Positions 18,231 through 27,359 of a stretch of DNA of 64,000 nt are shown piece after piece. The translations under genes were made by a program, and so were the position numbers. This DNA is from an uncultured Gammaproteobacteria bacterium (GTDB lineage Bacteria > Patescibacteriota > Microgenomatia > Levybacterales > GWA1-39-11). Positions within the stretch are counted from its first letter, which is position 1, and every line of letters starts with the position of its first letter. The stretch is taken from positions 75,919 through 139,918 of the forward strand of contig CAZIAP010000003.1 of NCBI GenBank assembly GCA_964537315.1. Reading direction: 5' to 3'. The notes under the pieces were generated by a model, which saw only the letters and a list, made by a program, of their open reading frames with translations, ran no database searches and had not been told where the DNA came from.

Positions 18231-18369
18231 CATATATAACAAACAGCCATTAATGTTTGAATTCTGAAGCTGATTCAGATATAATACTGAAAGTGATTTT
18301 TCATTTTCAATATTCGATTATTCAAATAGAAAATTGTAAAAAAGAATATTCATTCGAAGAAAGGAAATT

Positions 18370-18546
18370 ATGGCAAAAAAAGGTGGAGCACGCATTACAG
18401 TAGGATTAGATTGCAGAGTTTGTAAACGACGCAACTATGTTACTACGCGAAATAAACTAAATACGAATGAAAAACTTGCTTTGTCCAAGTTCTGCAACCA
18501 GTGCAGAAAAATTACAGAACACAAGGAAGTAGAGAAGCTAAAGTAG
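18370..18546 (+). CDS. rpmG: 50S ribosomal protein L33 (58 aa, below the track ORF cutoff)
   Basis: Hand-translated MAKKGGARITVGLDCRVCKRRNYVTTRNKLNTNEKLALSKFCNQCRKITEHKEVEKLK* with the L33 Zn-ribbon CxxC...CxxC. AAGGAA RBS upstream. Confidence 0.85.
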   Translation: MAKKGGARITVGLDCRVCKRRNYVTTRNKLNTNEKLALSKFCNQCRKITEHKEVEKLK

Positions 18547-18552
18547 TTTCTA

Positions 18553-19275
18553 CTATGAGGAGTGTTCTAAGTTAACTGCATCAAAGTACGTTTTATAAAA
18601 TTCATAAGTATCTACAAGACCGTAATTAAACGACCCGCTTATAATCTCGTCCCTTCCTTCACTTATCTCTTTTGCTGTTACATATGCTAGACCAGGTTCA
18701 TTGATACATAAATTGTTTAACCTTCGGGAAGTTTCATCTTTAAATGCAAAGTTAAAAAATTTCGCAAGCAGGCGTGGATCAGATTTAAGGTTAGTGGTGT
18801 TTTCTAATCCAGTATAAACTTCTCCTTCTCGCATTTTTGTAACAAATTCTGGCATGACTTCATCATTTGAAGTAGCTACAGACAAGCTATCTTTCCATCC
18901 TTGCATAAACTGTGATTTGGTAAATCTCATTTGCTCAGGTGTTATTTCAGGTATATTATTTGATCCCATCTGTCCCATGATTATTCCTCTACCGAATACT
19001 GCACCTAATATATATCCACCTTTATCTAAATTTCCATACACGTTCTCTCTAATATTACTGAGTTCCTGGAGACTTTCCATTAGAGGAAACTCGAAATCAC
19101 TATAATAACGAAATTCGCTCCAGGGAGCATTTCTTGCAGGATTATCTAGTTCACGTTTAATAAATGGAATAATGTCATAATTATCACGCTTAATGGGAAA
19201 AGGAGAAAGAGTTTGTCTTTTTTCCTGAATAATATCTTGTTCAGATGGGGAGTATAGTTTTATTTCTGCACTCAT
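18553..19275 (-). CDS. hypothetical protein (240 aa)
   Basis: ORF only; non-repetitive cytoplasmic-looking sequence. Confidence 0.55.
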   Translation of the reverse strand: MSAEIKLYSPSEQDIIQEKRQTLSPFPIKRDNYDIIPFIKRELDNPARNAPWSEFRYYSDFEFPLMESLQELSNIRENVYGNLDKGGYILGAVFGRGIIMGQMGSNNIPEITPEQMRFTKSQFMQGWKDSLSVATSNDEVMPEFVTKMREGEVYTGLENTTNLKSDPRLLAKFFNFAFKDETSRRLNNLCINEPGLAYVTAKEISEGRDEIISGSFNYGLVDTYEFYKTYFDAVNLEHSS

Positions 19276-19353
19276 AATTAATTATATATCAACTAGCTTG
19301 TTTTACAATAGGCATAAGTTTTATCATTTACTCAATCCGTGATATTATGGTAG

Positions 19354-20592
19354 GTGCGCATGAAGCTTCCTTTTCTTGGACCAGTTAAGTCTTTTTTTAG
19401 TTCCCGGTTCACATCTCCTCAGCAAAAATTTGTTGTATTCGTGGGTATGCTGGCGTTATTAATACCTGTTTTATTAGTAACCGTTGCAGAAGTGAGCAAG
19501 CGGCAAGACCAACAATCAGGTGCAAACGTTTCTATTAGTTCGGCTACCAACTGTAGTGTAAGTGATACTGAGGTAAGTCTAAGTTCTCAGGAGCAAAGTA
19601 TGCTGCAACAAGTTAACCAATACCGCCAGCAGAATGGTCTAAGTCCCCTTAATCAACAGACAGACTTGAATAGAGCTGCTGCTTGGTTTAGCAAAGATTT
19701 ATATACACATGATGCACGTGGACATATAGATTCGTTAGGTCGTGATCCGGCAAAAAGGACTAGTGACTGTGGTTATGCTTATCCAAACAGTGTAGGAGAG
19801 AATACTGGGGGCTCAAATTCAGTAACAGGAATGCTTGACTGGTGGAAAGGTTCAGATGGGCATAACCAGCAATTGCTTAAACCTACCTATAAAACAATTG
19901 GTGTGGGAAATACAGGTGATCGTTGGGTACTCGTATTTAGCCTTCAGGATGGATCAACTTCTCCAACTTCTACAAAAGCACCAACTTCACCGACTAAGTC
20001 TCAACCTACTGCAACTCGTACTCCAACACGCCCTCCAGGAACAAGTATTACTCCAACTTCTCGTCCATCACAGCCCTCAGTATCTCCAACACCTATGGGA
20101 CCGACCCCGACAACTATACCTGTTGGGAGTACAACAGTGCTTAACATTTCAGTATCCGTAACAAAAATTGTATCTCCTGCTGCAATTCCTGTAACTGTAA
20201 GAATATTTAATACACAGAATCAGGAAGTTGCGTTAAAAAATACACATTTATATTACGCTCAAGGAAATATATTCCGAGGTCAGGTGGATGCAGGAGTAAG
20301 TCTACCTACGGGGTACTACACAATGAAAATTAAAGGAATAAACACACTTCAGAAAAATATTGAACCGTATATTCAGCACGTAGAGAATAAAAAAACACAC
20401 CAGATTCCGCTTTTGGTGCTAGTCCAGGGAGATTTAAATAATGATAACTTGCTATCTGCTGCAGATATTGAGTCTTTTTTCTCGTACTTAAGCAGTCAAA
20501 ACTCAGTTGCTGATCTTAATTATGATGGGATGGTTGATGTAAGAGACTACAGCATCCTGATCAGCAGTTTTGCTCAAGTTATCGGCGACTAG
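19354..20592 (+). CDS. secreted CAP/SCP (PR-1-like) domain protein with Pro/Thr/Ser-rich linker and dockerin-like Ca-binding repeats
   Basis: N-terminal TM/signal, CAP region QQVNQYRQQNGLSPL...GHNQQLL...IGVG, about 60-aa PT-rich linker, then DLNNDNLLSAADIESF...DLNYDGMVDVRDYSILI resembling the dockerin duplicated DxNxDGxxxxxD motif. Confidence 0.7.
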   Translation: MRMKLPFLGPVKSFFSSRFTSPQQKFVVFVGMLALLIPVLLVTVAEVSKRQDQQSGANVSISSATNCSVSDTEVSLSSQEQSMLQQVNQYRQQNGLSPLNQQTDLNRAAAWFSKDLYTHDARGHIDSLGRDPAKRTSDCGYAYPNSVGENTGGSNSVTGMLDWWKGSDGHNQQLLKPTYKTIGVGNTGDRWVLVFSLQDGSTSPTSTKAPTSPTKSQPTATRTPTRPPGTSITPTSRPSQPSVSPTPMGPTPTTIPVGSTTVLNISVSVTKIVSPAAIPVTVRIFNTQNQEVALKNTHLYYAQGNIFRGQVDAGVSLPTGYYTMKIKGINTLQKNIEPYIQHVENKKTHQIPLLVLVQGDLNNDNLLSAADIESFFSYLSSQNSVADLNYDGMVDVRDYSILISSFAQVIGD

Positions 20593-21235
20593 GTTTATAA
20601 AGAAGTGCCATTGAGAAAAATGCAATTGCAATTCCCAGAAGACTGCCTCCTATAACGTCTGTAGTCCAGTGTTCACCCAGCGATACACGAGAATATAGCA
20701 TTAAGCTTACAAGTATTGATATTCCAGCTGTCAGTGCAAATTTTAGGAACAGATGTAATCTTTTAGACTGCCAGATAAAGAAAATTAATAGTAGCCCTAG
20801 AAATATACTGCGCATTGAGTGTCCGGATGGGTAAGACGCGTCTGTATATACATGTAGCCCCGGAAAGTCCGAATACTGTGAGCGCAAAAACATATTAGGA
20901 GGACCAGGATGATTGAGAATAGTTTTTCCGATAAGTTCTATAACATGAGCAAATCCAAATATTCCAAACACAAATAATCCCCAGATTTTCCTTCTCCAAA
21001 TTAATAGTAGTACGAGAAAAATTAGAGTGTACTCAAATCTTCCTATCACACTTAATGCAGAGAAAAAAGCATCCAGTCTCAATGGAGTAATATTTTGAAG
21101 TCGATGGGTGGTGTCAAAATCAAGTGAAGTAAATATATTTTCTCGTACTAAAAGAGTGAAAAACAAAAAGAGAAGGAAAAAAAATGAACCTGAGAGCACA
21201 AAAAAGATATGTCGTTTAGTGATTTTAGACAGCAT
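20579..21235 (-). CDS. PAP2-family membrane phosphatase (phosphatidate or undecaprenyl-diphosphate phosphatase type)
   Basis: PAP2 motifs SYPSGHSMRS and SLGEHWTTDVIGG; several TM helices. Confidence 0.8.
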   Translation of the reverse strand: MLSKITKRHIFFVLSGSFFFLLFLFFTLLVRENIFTSLDFDTTHRLQNITPLRLDAFFSALSVIGRFEYTLIFLVLLLIWRRKIWGLFVFGIFGFAHVIELIGKTILNHPGPPNMFLRSQYSDFPGLHVYTDASYPSGHSMRSIFLGLLLIFFIWQSKRLHLFLKFALTAGISILVSLMLYSRVSLGEHWTTDVIGGSLLGIAIAFFSMALLYKPSRR

Positions 21236-21243
21236 GCTATTTA

Positions 21244-21594
21244 TTATACAGAAGAAGGAGTTGGATGTGGAGTTCTATTATGCGTAACGTGATTTATGAT
21301 CAAGCCTGCTGTAACAATAGTTGCTGCTCCTATTACCGTCATTACTTTGTGACTGTTGGCTGAATCAACTGCGAGTTTGACTACTTGTTTAAAAGATTCT
21401 GATGCTGTATGAGCAAGGTTATAAACTGTGTTCTCCCTCATGGCAGTCTCAGCTGGATAATAGTGTTCAGTCTCTGTTTCTATTACTTGATCTTGAATCC
21501 CATTGTGAAAAATAGAGTAGTCAATATAGGATGTTTCATTTCCTGATAAATGATTGTTACGCACAGAAGGATGAGCAAGTAGCTCAGTTTTCAT
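21244..21594 (-). CDS. hypothetical protein with C-terminal TM helix (tail-anchored)
   Basis: ORF with C-terminal VMTVIGAATIVTAGLIINHV. Confidence 0.45.
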   Translation of the reverse strand: MKTELLAHPSVRNNHLSGNETSYIDYSIFHNGIQDQVIETETEHYYPAETAMRENTVYNLAHTASESFKQVVKLAVDSANSHKVMTVIGAATIVTAGLIINHVTHNRTPHPTPSSV

Positions 21595-21670
21595 ATCCTG
21601 AGATTAGTGTATGATTTTCAATTACAAATTACAAGCAGTATTATTGGCTTTTTAAGTGCTAACTTTTCTG

Positions 21671-22321
21671 CTATAGATATCTTTTTATATATAATGTGCG
21701 GTGTTGATTACAGGAACCATGTGTTTGGATTGCTATTCTGTGATCTAAGGTCCCGTATCCCTTATTACGGTCCCAGCTATAATGGGGGTATTCATTTGCC
21801 AGTTCTGACATATAAGAGTCACGGGTTACTTTTGCGATAATAGATGCGGCAGCAATTGAAAGCGAGATGGAATCGCCTCTAATGATGTTCTTATAAGAAA
21901 TGTTTATTGACGTATCTTTGTATGGATCATGTGTCCCATCCAATAAGACAAAAACCTTTTGTTGAGGGATTTTTTCTCTCAATTCTTGAGTAACCTGGAG
22001 TATGGCAGAGTTAAGTGCATACATGATTCCATGATGATTTATAGTATCACAATCAGTGCTTGCAGTTGCATGGAGAAGGTTTTCGTTAAGCAATCTATTT
22101 TTTAGCAACTCCCGTTTTATCGGAGATAGTTTTTTTGAATCATTTATACCAAGCGCACAGAGTCTTGTTATCTCTTCCAGATCAGAGGTGGGAGTAAAAG
22201 CAACAGCAGAAACGTGTACTGGTCCTGCAAATGCACCTCGTCCTACTTCATCTATGCCTATTACGGTATATCCTTTATTCCATAAATCTATTTCTTCATT
22301 GAGGCTAGGAAGCATCTTCAT
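21671..22321 (-). CDS. rnhB: ribonuclease HII
   Basis: VIGIDEVGRGAFAGPVHVSAVAF active-site region. TGcTACAAT extended -10 upstream. Confidence 0.9.
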   Translation of the reverse strand: MKMLPSLNEEIDLWNKGYTVIGIDEVGRGAFAGPVHVSAVAFTPTSDLEEITRLCALGINDSKKLSPIKRELLKNRLLNENLLHATASTDCDTINHHGIMYALNSAILQVTQELREKIPQQKVFVLLDGTHDPYKDTSINISYKNIIRGDSISLSIAAASIIAKVTRDSYMSELANEYPHYSWDRNKGYGTLDHRIAIQTHGSCNQHRTLYIKRYL

Positions 22322-22390
22322 GCGTCTATTGTAGCAAAATAGTTAAGGGCGGACCTAAAGTGATCCGCCCGATTATTATTCGCCGTTTGG

Positions 22391-22618
22391 CTATTTGATA
22401 GGCAGGTTCACCTGCCGAATCTTCTCTGTCCTTATGCCTGGATTGAGGTACTCATCAGGAAGATCAATATAAGGAGAGCAGTACTGCTCCTGGTCTGGAG
22501 TAAGGTCCATCATCCTTGTGAGCTTTTTGCAAGTCTTGCAGAACCCAAAACGATCGATTTTCGTTCCCTGGCAATGAACGCAACTCATGCTTATTTTTCT
22601 CCCCTTCGAAGAAAACAC
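22391..22618 (-). CDS. small Cys-rich (Zn-ribbon-like) hypothetical protein
   Basis: CVHCQGTK...FCKTCKK pattern. Start uncertain. Confidence 0.35.
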   Translation of the reverse strand: MFSSKGRKISMSCVHCQGTKIDRFGFCKTCKKLTRMMDLTPDQEQYCSPYIDLPDEYLNPGIRTEKIRQVNLPIK

Positions 22619-22791
22619 GACTACACGAATTTGTTAAGTGCCTATAGGCATCATCCTTTCTGATAAACGGCAGAATAAAACTAGTAATGAGCAAATTAAT
22701 ACAAATTTACTTTCCTAGGCAAAAATAAGGAGTAAATTTGTATGTTTATGTATTTTATGAAATATATTCTAGGAATACAACTTTTCAAGGG

Positions 22792-23541
22792 TTACCTACA
22801 AAGTGAGTTACAAGCTATGCCGTCATTATTACCATCAAGATTTTTGCATCCACACTGGTTTAACTGGAATGTTGCTTCTGCGCACGTTGTAATGACTGAG
22901 CATGTTTTGCTGCAATCACATGTAAACGAAGAAGGGGAAGAAGGAGAGGATGAAGAAGATGTTTGACACGATCCCCACAGGCCAATATTTTTTTCTCTTG
23001 CTTGTTGCTCAAGTGTATCAAGTTGATCCTGGTATTTGATGTCAGGAGGATAAGCAGAGGAGTGAGCATAACCTTCACGAACGAGCATTTCATTTACCAT
23101 TTCTCCGCTTTGAAGATACACATATCGTAATAACCTGCCGTATCTATCCGTATCTGAAACATCTTTTTCCAAATATACTGTTTTTCCGGTCACTAGAATT
23201 TTATTATAATCGCTTGCCTCTTTCCCAAAGCACTGTACAGGTCGCCTGGGATCTACAGTTTCAGGTGTGTCTATACCTATATATCTGAGTGTTCTACCAT
23301 CTGTGAGTTTTATTGTGTCTCCATCTACGACTGAGGCTATGGACACTTCTTCAAGATTCTTTTCTCCCAGTACTGTTTGTGATAGGTCGTTATTAGCTTG
23401 AGTGGGTTTAGAGGAACTTGTAGGTGTAGGTAGGGCGTTCGTAAGTAATTCTGGATTTGTCTGTAGCTTATTATGGGTAAGAGTACTGATAGTGATCAGT
23501 AGGCTTGCAATAATCAGCAAAAAAGGTAGTTTTTTTATCAT
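22792..23541 (-). CDS. secreted thermonuclease (SNase-like) with C-terminal Cys-rich Excalibur-like Ca-binding domain
   Basis: Signal/TM at N-terminus. SNase motifs VVDGDTIKLTDGRTLRYIGIDTPE...RYGRLLRYVY...EMLVREGYA. Tail ...CGCKNLDGNNDGIACNSLC resembles the Excalibur DxDxDGxxCE motif. Confidence 0.8.
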   Translation of the reverse strand: MIKKLPFLLIIASLLITISTLTHNKLQTNPELLTNALPTPTSSSKPTQANNDLSQTVLGEKNLEEVSIASVVDGDTIKLTDGRTLRYIGIDTPETVDPRRPVQCFGKEASDYNKILVTGKTVYLEKDVSDTDRYGRLLRYVYLQSGEMVNEMLVREGYAHSSAYPPDIKYQDQLDTLEQQAREKNIGLWGSCQTSSSSSPSSPSSFTCDCSKTCSVITTCAEATFQLNQCGCKNLDGNNDGIACNSLCR

Positions 23542-23626
23542 ACCTTACCATAGCATAGGGAAGATGAATGTTGCAAAGTAGTTAAAAAGACAAGGCATAC
23601 AAAAAATTTAATGCAGTATGTAAGGA

Positions 23627-23646
23627 GGCGGGGGAATTCCCCCGCC
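23627..23646 (-). terminator. GC hairpin GGCGGGGG-AATT-CCCCCGCC, probable terminator of the minus-strand genes 23646..24371
   Basis: Perfect 8-bp GC stem. On the minus strand it is followed by an A/T-rich tract with TTTTTTG about 20 nt later. Confidence 0.45.
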
Positions 23647-23855
23647 TAACTATCTTCAGTTTTGACAATACTTAGTGTACCTGCCTCAAGCATTTGATCA
23701 AAAATGCCCTTAGAATAATCGGATTCCTTTTCGTAGTCGGACCACTTGATTAGAATGAACTTAGGATTAAGTTCGTTTGGAAGAATCCAGGTTACTTTTC
23801 CATAGCATTTAAAGATACGATCGTAAATAAGGGTGCCAATTGTATAATCATGCAC
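23646..23855 (-). CDS. hypothetical protein (69 aa)
   Basis: ORF only. Confidence 0.4.
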   Translation of the reverse strand: MHDYTIGTLIYDRIFKCYGKVTWILPNELNPKFILIKWSDYEKESDYSKGIFDQMLEAGTLSIVKTEDS

Positions 23856-23867
23856 TTAGATCTCCTT

Positions 23868-24371
23868 TTACTTTAAGCTATAACGGCGTATTCTCTCATC
23901 AATTTTTCTAGATAAAAATACTGCCCCTCCATAGGATAAAATCCAACAGAAAGAAAGAAGAATTCCCAATTTTAGTTCATCATCTTTTATTCCGATTAAT
24001 AGTATTGAGACCGCATAATAAACTCCAGACAAGATCAAAAAGAAGGTGATGAAGTTTCTCTGATTAGTCTTTATGCTAGGATTCCTTTGAATCTCCTTAC
24101 TAAAAATGAAGTACTGAATCAAAATTCCCAAATAGTCTGGAAGTTCTTCATCTGACAAATCTCTTTCCTTTAATGGTGGGCGGGTCTTTGTCAGAAAAAC
24201 ATTAACTATGGCGATACTCCCCTCTAAAATTAAGGCTAACAGTAAACCAAATATTAGTCCTAGGTACAAAATTAAGGTAACCTCGTCTGCTGAACCAAGA
24301 AGCCTGTGCAAAACAACAATTGCACAAATGATTACAGCGCTGAAAACAACTCTGTACAACCAATACTTCAC
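23868..24371 (-). CDS. hypothetical polytopic membrane protein (167 aa)
   Basis: Four predicted hydrophobic helices. Confidence 0.55.
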   Translation of the reverse strand: MKYWLYRVVFSAVIICAIVVLHRLLGSADEVTLILYLGLIFGLLLALILEGSIAIVNVFLTKTRPPLKERDLSDEELPDYLGILIQYFIFSKEIQRNPSIKTNQRNFITFFLILSGVYYAVSILLIGIKDDELKLGILLSFCWILSYGGAVFLSRKIDERIRRYSLK

Positions 24372-24932
24372 GATAGTTCCTTTCTACTAAAACGTATGCC
24401 TTGTCAATGTGCGGAACATACCTATTATCTGCACAGATGCAGAGCAGGCAATTAGAAGTGAATTATAGCATGAAAGTGGGTGAGAAGCACATTTACAAGC
24501 TAGGTCTCATGAGAATCGCAGAAGTAATTATCTGAATTACCATAATAAGCAAAAATATGAAAAGTTTAGGTGGTACAGTTCGAGCAATCATAGTTAAATT
24601 ATCAGTGTGAAATAAATCATCAGCTCCGCAAGCACAATACTTGCAAGCGTCAGTCCCTTAATTGGATTAATATGTAATTTTTTTAGTATTTTTACTATCA
24701 TGCAAGCTTAATAATACGCGTGAAAAGTAAAATAAAGTTAGTATTTTTTGTAAGAAAGATGAAACAGATTGCTGTGTCAGTCTAAAATGTTTTATCACGT
24801 GAAAATTTGCTGTCTTTATTTTAGATTTAATATCTAGAACAATTTAATTGCTTAGGTGTATAATACTTTAAATAGCTAAGTTTGGTGCCAGAGCGCCTCT
24901 GGTAACAGGTTAAGTAGTGATAGGAGGACACC

Positions 24933-25130
24933 GTGCAAACGTCTCTTAGTACAACGGTACCCACCATTTTCACGCTGATGCAGATGGGTTTCACTGAATC
25001 GGAGATTGATGGTTTACTCAAGCTTCGTAAGCATTATCCGTTTATAGAGTTTACGGATTCAGGCAAACAGTGGAATCGACTTAAGTTCGTTAAGTGGCGG
25101 TATACTAACGGCGATTTAGCTAGAAGATAG
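24933..25130 (+). CDS. small hypothetical protein (65 aa, GTG start)
   Basis: Strong AGGAGG RBS 7 nt upstream of GTG. Preceded by a 6-bp hairpin CCAGAG-CGC-CTCTGG. Confidence 0.45.
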   Translation: MQTSLSTTVPTIFTLMQMGFTESEIDGLLKLRKHYPFIEFTDSGKQWNRLKFVKWRYTNGDLARR

Positions 25131-25157
25131 GGAGAATTTCATCCTTATATTTAACTG

Positions 25158-25268
25158 GGAGAGAAAGGAAAGTCCTTAGGACAGTCTGAATACTACGTTT
25201 GTATTTGATGTACATGCGCACTGCATGACTACAGCAATCAAACGGAGAACTCAGATTCCTTTCTCTCC
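25158..25268. repeat. 13-bp perfect inverted repeat (GGAGAGAAAGGAA / TTCCTTTCTCTCC) enclosing 85 nt
   Basis: Arms at 25158-25170 and 25256-25268 are exact reverse complements, in convergent intergenic DNA. Confidence 0.6.
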
Positions 25269-25426
25269 TCACGCTTTAGGATAGAATTATAAACCCAAAC
25301 CAAGCAATTGCCAGTCCAATAGATAATATAGAGAGACTTATACCTATCACCCTCCAGTCTCTAGAAGAAATTCCCCAGAAATTTTTTTCGTTCATGTAAC
25401 CTATTATATAACGTATAGAGTAAGAG

Positions 25427-26197
25427 CTAGCCTTCGTCTATCTCAATTCGTATAACGTCGCCTTTGCGTGCGAATACCTTAATTTCTGATTCAGGATGTT
25501 GTTTTTTTTCCGATTCGTCAGTACTAGATTCTCCTCCTTTTGCGCCCGACATATACATGTTAGGTCTCAGATAATCCTCAACCTCTTTTCGCTCCTCTGA
25601 GTGTGTAATCTCAGGCTTTTCTTCATTTTCAGTTATAGAAGGTGATGGCTGGTCAATGACTTTAATATCAAATGCACCATAATCCTCAAAAATATGCTTT
25701 ACAAAAGACTCATCTTCACTTCGAGTGGGTACAGCAAGTAATATTGCACCTGTTTTTACTTGTTTTTCATAATGTTGGGCATCCTTTTTACTGAGACCCA
25801 GTGAGGTAAGTGCTCCGATGAGTCCACCTGCTATAGCACCGGTTGTGGCTCCTGCAAAGCTTGCTGCTGCAGCACCTGTAAGGCCGAGCGCAGTAGCAAT
25901 GGGACCTCCAATAAGAAATGCACCTATTCCTGGTATTGCAATAGCACCTACTAACCCGGCAATACCGCCTATGATAGCGCCTGTTGCTGCTCCTCCTGCT
26001 AAATCTTTACTTGTGTCTCCATCTTCTTCTCTTGCATTTTCATCTTTCATGATTATAGAAAAATCCTGAGCATTGAATTTCTCTGCTTTGAATTTGTCGA
26101 TTGCTTTTTCTACGTTTTCACGTGTATTAAATAAACCAATCAATGTTTTCACATATATCACCTCCCTGTGATTTTTTCCACAATATAGTAATGTCAT
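25427..26197 (-). CDS. membrane protein with glycine-zipper TM region (general-stress-protein-like N-domain)
   Basis: Long GxxxG-rich hydrophobic segment GGAATGAIIGGIAGLVGAIAIPGIGAFLIGGPIATALGL... Confidence 0.55.
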   Translation of the reverse strand: MTLLYCGKNHREVIYVKTLIGLFNTRENVEKAIDKFKAEKFNAQDFSIIMKDENAREEDGDTSKDLAGGAATGAIIGGIAGLVGAIAIPGIGAFLIGGPIATALGLTGAAAASFAGATTGAIAGGLIGALTSLGLSKKDAQHYEKQVKTGAILLAVPTRSEDESFVKHIFEDYGAFDIKVIDQPSPSITENEEKPEITHSEERKEVEDYLRPNMYMSGAKGGESSTDESEKKQHPESEIKVFARKGDVIRIEIDEG

Positions 26198-26246
26198 TAA
26201 CTCCTAACTAAAAGGTGGTAAGAGTTGCGTGAGAATAAGGGATCTA

Positions 26247-27293
26247 CTAGCGTTTGAATACGAAAGATCTTGCAGCTATAAGGCGATTGTATAAAATGGT
26301 GATTGCAAGGATAATAAAAATTGCTGTTACAGTATATATAGGAGCCAGATAGGTATTACGAATAGCATCAATAGTTTCTGAGTTAATCACCATTCTGAGG
26401 TAGTGAGTAAAGTATGTGAAGACAATTATATGCCATATAAAAAGCTCTAAAGATTTTTGACCTATGAATTCAAGTACTCTGTTACTCCCGATAATGTAAC
26501 TAATCATAAGTGTGGCACCTATTCCGCTAAGTGCTGACAGATAAAACAGGAAGAAATTGCTGTATCTGTTAAGGCGCATATCAATCTGATATCCGTACCA
26601 ATCAAAGTTTATTGACGCAAAGATAATGCTTATAGCTACTAATCCAAAGAAGGTTGGCCAAGCGATTTTTTTGACTGTCTCCATTATCTGCTTCTCATTT
26701 ATCTTCCATAAATAGCCGAAACCGAAAAACACTGTTGCAGTCATGGCAGTTTCTATTCCAAAAGGTAGTTTTATACCTGGATAAACTAATGAAAATATAT
26801 ATGCCACTACTGACAATACGGCTAGTGCAGGAAGAATATATTTTTGACGTAGAGAGATCTTGGTAAGTAACCAAAAGCTTATTTTAGTCACGAAAAGACA
26901 TGGTAAAAACCATAGAACGACATTGAAAAACAGACCATTACTGTTACCATAAATAACTCCAATAAAATGTTGGTACACGCTCTCTACCGCAGGCAATGAC
27001 GAACGGTTTGCAAGCCAAATAAGATAGCTTAAAAATGCAAATAATAAGTAGGGAATAATGATCGTTTTAAAATTTTTCCTGAGGAACGGTAAAAAATCTG
27101 AATTTTTTCTAGGTGAGAAAACTATGCCTGAAAGGAAGAAAAATAATGGCATATGAAATGCGTAGATCAGATGTCTATAGCTGTCACCAGATACTGCATG
27201 ACCGTAAAGAACGGCAATGATTCCGATACCTCTGGCAATATCTACCCATGAAACCCGCCTCGATTGCATCGAATCAGTATTCCATGAATGCAA
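26247..27293 (-). CDS. acyltransferase family 3 (OafA-like) membrane protein
   Basis: VDIARGIGIIAVLYGHA... start and about 10 TM helices typical of Acyl_transf_3. Confidence 0.8.
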   Translation of the reverse strand: MHSWNTDSMQSRRVSWVDIARGIGIIAVLYGHAVSGDSYRHLIYAFHMPLFFFLSGIVFSPRKNSDFLPFLRKNFKTIIIPYLLFAFLSYLIWLANRSSLPAVESVYQHFIGVIYGNSNGLFFNVVLWFLPCLFVTKISFWLLTKISLRQKYILPALAVLSVVAYIFSLVYPGIKLPFGIETAMTATVFFGFGYLWKINEKQIMETVKKIAWPTFFGLVAISIIFASINFDWYGYQIDMRLNRYSNFFLFYLSALSGIGATLMISYIIGSNRVLEFIGQKSLELFIWHIIVFTYFTHYLRMVINSETIDAIRNTYLAPIYTVTAIFIILAITILYNRLIAARSFVFKR

Positions 27294-27359
27294 AAAGATG
27301 TCAAGCGTATCTATTGGTTTTTTTATAGCGATGTGAGTATATTAATATAAGGAGCCATT

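Noticed and set aside
19835-20161. Overlapping + strand ORF (108 aa, Leu/Gln-rich) within the CAP-domain gene
   Set aside because: An alternate frame across the Pro/Thr-rich linker. There is no independent start signal. The CAP gene frame is continuous with recognisable domains.
25818-26069. + strand ORF (83 aa, Ala/Pro-rich) antisense to the glycine-zipper membrane protein
   Set aside because: Mirror-image artefact of GC-rich Gly/Ala codons on the opposite strand.
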